DNA of 64,000 nucleotides from Escherichia coli (GTDB lineage Bacteria; Pseudomonadota; Gammaproteobacteria; Enterobacterales; Enterobacteriaceae): NCBI RefSeq assembly GCF_003018255.1, contig NZ_CP027440.1; one strand, 5' to 3'. Shown piece by piece: positions 61,900 to 64,000 of this stretch (position 1 is its first letter; each line of letters starts with the position of its first letter). The notes under the pieces were generated by a model. It saw only the letters and a program-made list of their open reading frames with translations, ran no database searches and was not told where the DNA came from. The position numbers and the translations under genes were made by a program.

Positions 61900-62790
61900 C
61901 TAAACCGGGCGAACGGGGATAAAAATTTCGCAAACAATGTTATTGCTATCAATTTCGACGAAGTTTTCATTGTAATAAAACCGCTCAATATCACTGCCGT
62001 TCACTCTGGCTAACCCCCTGGCGGGTAATTCCATCAGATAGAGGTTTCGCGCCCATTCAGGGTAGTGCTCCCACTCACCTTCATAGCGGAAAGAGGCATA
62101 CAGTCCTCGGTTAATTGTCCACTCTTTCGACATCTCTGAATCGGTTTGTTTGCATACCGTACCGGCAAAAGTTTCAACTGTGAGCAAATCGACCGATTTT
62201 GTTGATGGTTCGAACGTGGAGACGAAATAGATATCCGTCTTAAAACTCTTCATACATCTGGCTAAATGATGACGTCGCAGTTTGACTTCTTCATCCGGTG
62301 ATTTATTCGACACTTCAATGTCATATTTAAATGAATCGCCAAAAATAGGTGTCTCAGGAAAGTTGACTAATTTACACTCCGTCTTTTGCTGTTGACGTAT
62401 TAAAAAAGAAGGGAAGATATTTGCGAGATCCCAATAATCACGGTGGCGGTATTCACGGGGAGAGCAGCCGAATAACTTTTTAAATTCGCGGCTGAATGAC
62501 TGCTGTGAATCAAAATGCAAAGAGAGTGCAATATCAAGCATAGATTTCGCGGTGAGCCGGACAAGAATGGCGGCACGACAAAGCCTTCGTTTGCGAATGT
62601 ATTCTCCCAAAGGCACATGCATGAAATTTCGGAACAGAAGCTGGATGTTGCGTCTGCTGTAGCCAGATTTCTGTGCGATATCTTCGATTGAAATAGGGTG
62701 TTCGAGATTGCACTCAATCCACTCCAGGAGCTGCTGTAGAATCTTCTGCCTGATCATCACATTCTCCATTAATTCTTCGTCATATCGCAC
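61900..62790 (-). CDS. AraC-family transcriptional regulator with C-terminal effector-binding domain (ykgA-like)
   Basis: 296 aa; N-terminal AraC HTH (…IEDIAQKSGYSRRNIQLLFRNF…). Confidence 0.75.
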   Translation of the reverse strand: MRYDEELMENVMIRQKILQQLLEWIECNLEHPISIEDIAQKSGYSRRNIQLLFRNFMHVPLGEYIRKRRLCRAAILVRLTAKSMLDIALSLHFDSQQSFSREFKKLFGCSPREYRHRDYWDLANIFPSFLIRQQQKTECKLVNFPETPIFGDSFKYDIEVSNKSPDEEVKLRRHHLARCMKSFKTDIYFVSTFEPSTKSVDLLTVETFAGTVCKQTDSEMSKEWTINRGLYASFRYEGEWEHYPEWARNLYLMELPARGLARVNGSDIERFYYNENFVEIDSNNIVCEIFIPVRPV

Positions 62791-63005
62791 ATTTTCGTTA
62801 TGCCCTGGGCCCTAAGTGTATCAAAAACAGCAAGGCCGAAGGCAAAAGCACTGGTAGCGTCTGCTTCGTTGTCCCCGAAAATAGAGAGGTTTCAGTCCTA
62901 CATTATTAATGAATTTTTTGCATAAGTGATATCAAAATCCACATACTAATTTGAGGTTACGTTTTAACGTAGACTCATTGTTCATGCCTAATGGAGGGAC
63001 TGACA

Positions 63006-63875
63006 GTGGAATTTTCCGTATTAAGTAACAATCTGAAAATGCCGATGATGGGATTTGGTGTTTTTCAGGTTACCGATAAAAACGTGTGCAAACAGTCAGT
63101 GTTGAACGCTATCCGCACGGGTTATCGACTCATCGACACTGCAGCGGTATACGGTAATGAAGATGCCGTCGGTGAAGCCGTTCGTGAAGCTATATCTGAA
63201 GGTTTATGTACCCGAGATGAGTTATTTATAACGTCTAAATTGTGGGTGCAGGATATGTTGAATCAGGATACGGCAGCAGCAGGTATTGAAGCATCATTAA
63301 AAAAATCGGGACTAGAGTACTTCGACCTCTATTTATTGCACCAGGCTATGCGCGATTATTTCAGTGCGTGGCGTGCACTCGAAGATGCCTATGAAGAGGG
63401 CAAATTAAAAGCAATTGGGGTTTCCAATTTCTATCCTCATGTTCTGGCGAACTTTTGTGAAACGGTAAGAGTTAAACCGATGGTCAACCAGGTCGAGTTG
63501 CATCCCTATTTTGCCCAACCAGAGGCGCTGGCAACCATGAAGTATTATAACGTGCAGCCTGAAGCATGGGCTCCGTTAGGTGGTGGACGACATAAACCCT
63601 TTGAAAATAATCTGCTTCAGAGTATTGCAGATGCCCATCAAAAATCGATTTCTCAAGTCATTCTGCGTTGGAATATTCAACGGGGAGTGGTCGTTATTCC
63701 GAAATCGACACATCAACAGCGTATCGAAGAAAATTTTGCTATCTGGGATTTCTCACTGACAGAGAAAGAAATGGCACAAATTAGTTCGCTTGATTTGGGT
63801 TATGTTGGGGAGTCGGTAAAACATTTTAATCCTGAATTTGTTCGTGGTTGTCTTGCTGTAAAAATACATGATTGA
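63006..63875 (+). CDS. aldo-keto reductase (ykgQ-like), start probably GTG
   Basis: ORF track starts at ATG 62991, but GGAGGG lies 7 nt before GTG 63006, giving an N-terminus (M)EFSVLSNNLKMPMMGFGVFQ that fits AKRs. Confidence 0.7.
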   Translation: MEFSVLSNNLKMPMMGFGVFQVTDKNVCKQSVLNAIRTGYRLIDTAAVYGNEDAVGEAVREAISEGLCTRDELFITSKLWVQDMLNQDTAAAGIEASLKKSGLEYFDLYLLHQAMRDYFSAWRALEDAYEEGKLKAIGVSNFYPHVLANFCETVRVKPMVNQVELHPYFAQPEALATMKYYNVQPEAWAPLGGGRHKPFENNLLQSIADAHQKSISQVILRWNIQRGVVVIPKSTHQQRIEENFAIWDFSLTEKEMAQISSLDLGYVGESVKHFNPEFVRGCLAVKIHD

Positions 63876-64000
63876 TATTAATCATATATTTTACCTGAGA
63901 CGACAAGAATCTTTTAACAGGGGAGTGATATTGATCTTCACTCTGTCATATCTCCGGTAATATGGCGTCAGGCTTCATCATCAGAAAGGGGGCCTGACGC

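Overview
Escherichia coli chromosomal segment, syntenic with the K-12 yafV-to-ykgQ region but from a strain that carries a type VI secretion (T6SS) / Rhs island at its left end. All names come from reading the six-frame translations against remembered protein families and K-12 gene order; no database search was run. Left third (1-21050): the tail of a T6SS structural operon on the minus strand (tssK 5' end, tssJ, FHA protein, tssG, tssF, tssE, tssC, tssB), a divergent AT-rich control region, then hcp, vgrG and a 1402-aa PAAR-Rhs effector with an AT-rich C-terminal toxin tip and a small exported immunity-like protein. Downstream is a mosaic of three 1289-bp H-repeat (ISAs1-family) elements interleaved with an orphan Rhs toxin/immunity cassette. 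Middle (21082-42215): conserved housekeeping genes yafV, ivy, fadE, gmhA, yafJ, yafK, yafL, rayT with flanking REP sequences, the Flag-2 remnants fhiA/mbhA, dinB with its LexA box, yafP, decayed ykfJ/prfH, pepD, gpt, frsA, crl, phoE, proB, proA and tRNA-Thr (thrW). Both K-12 toxin-antitoxin pairs of this neighbourhood (dinJ-yafQ, yafN-yafO) are absent, and thrW is not occupied by a prophage. Right third: yagU, ykgJ, an intact ecpRABCDE pilus operon, the Zur-type ykgM-ykgO ribosomal paralog pair, ykgR, a LysR regulator with two aldo-keto reductases, an intact 1416-aa intimin-like adhesin (eaeH/fdeC), an AraC regulator and another aldo-keto reductase. The best candidates for something undescribed are the Rhs C-terminal toxin/immunity pair and the IS-split orphan toxin/immunity cassette; neither toxin domain could be assigned a function from sequence alone.
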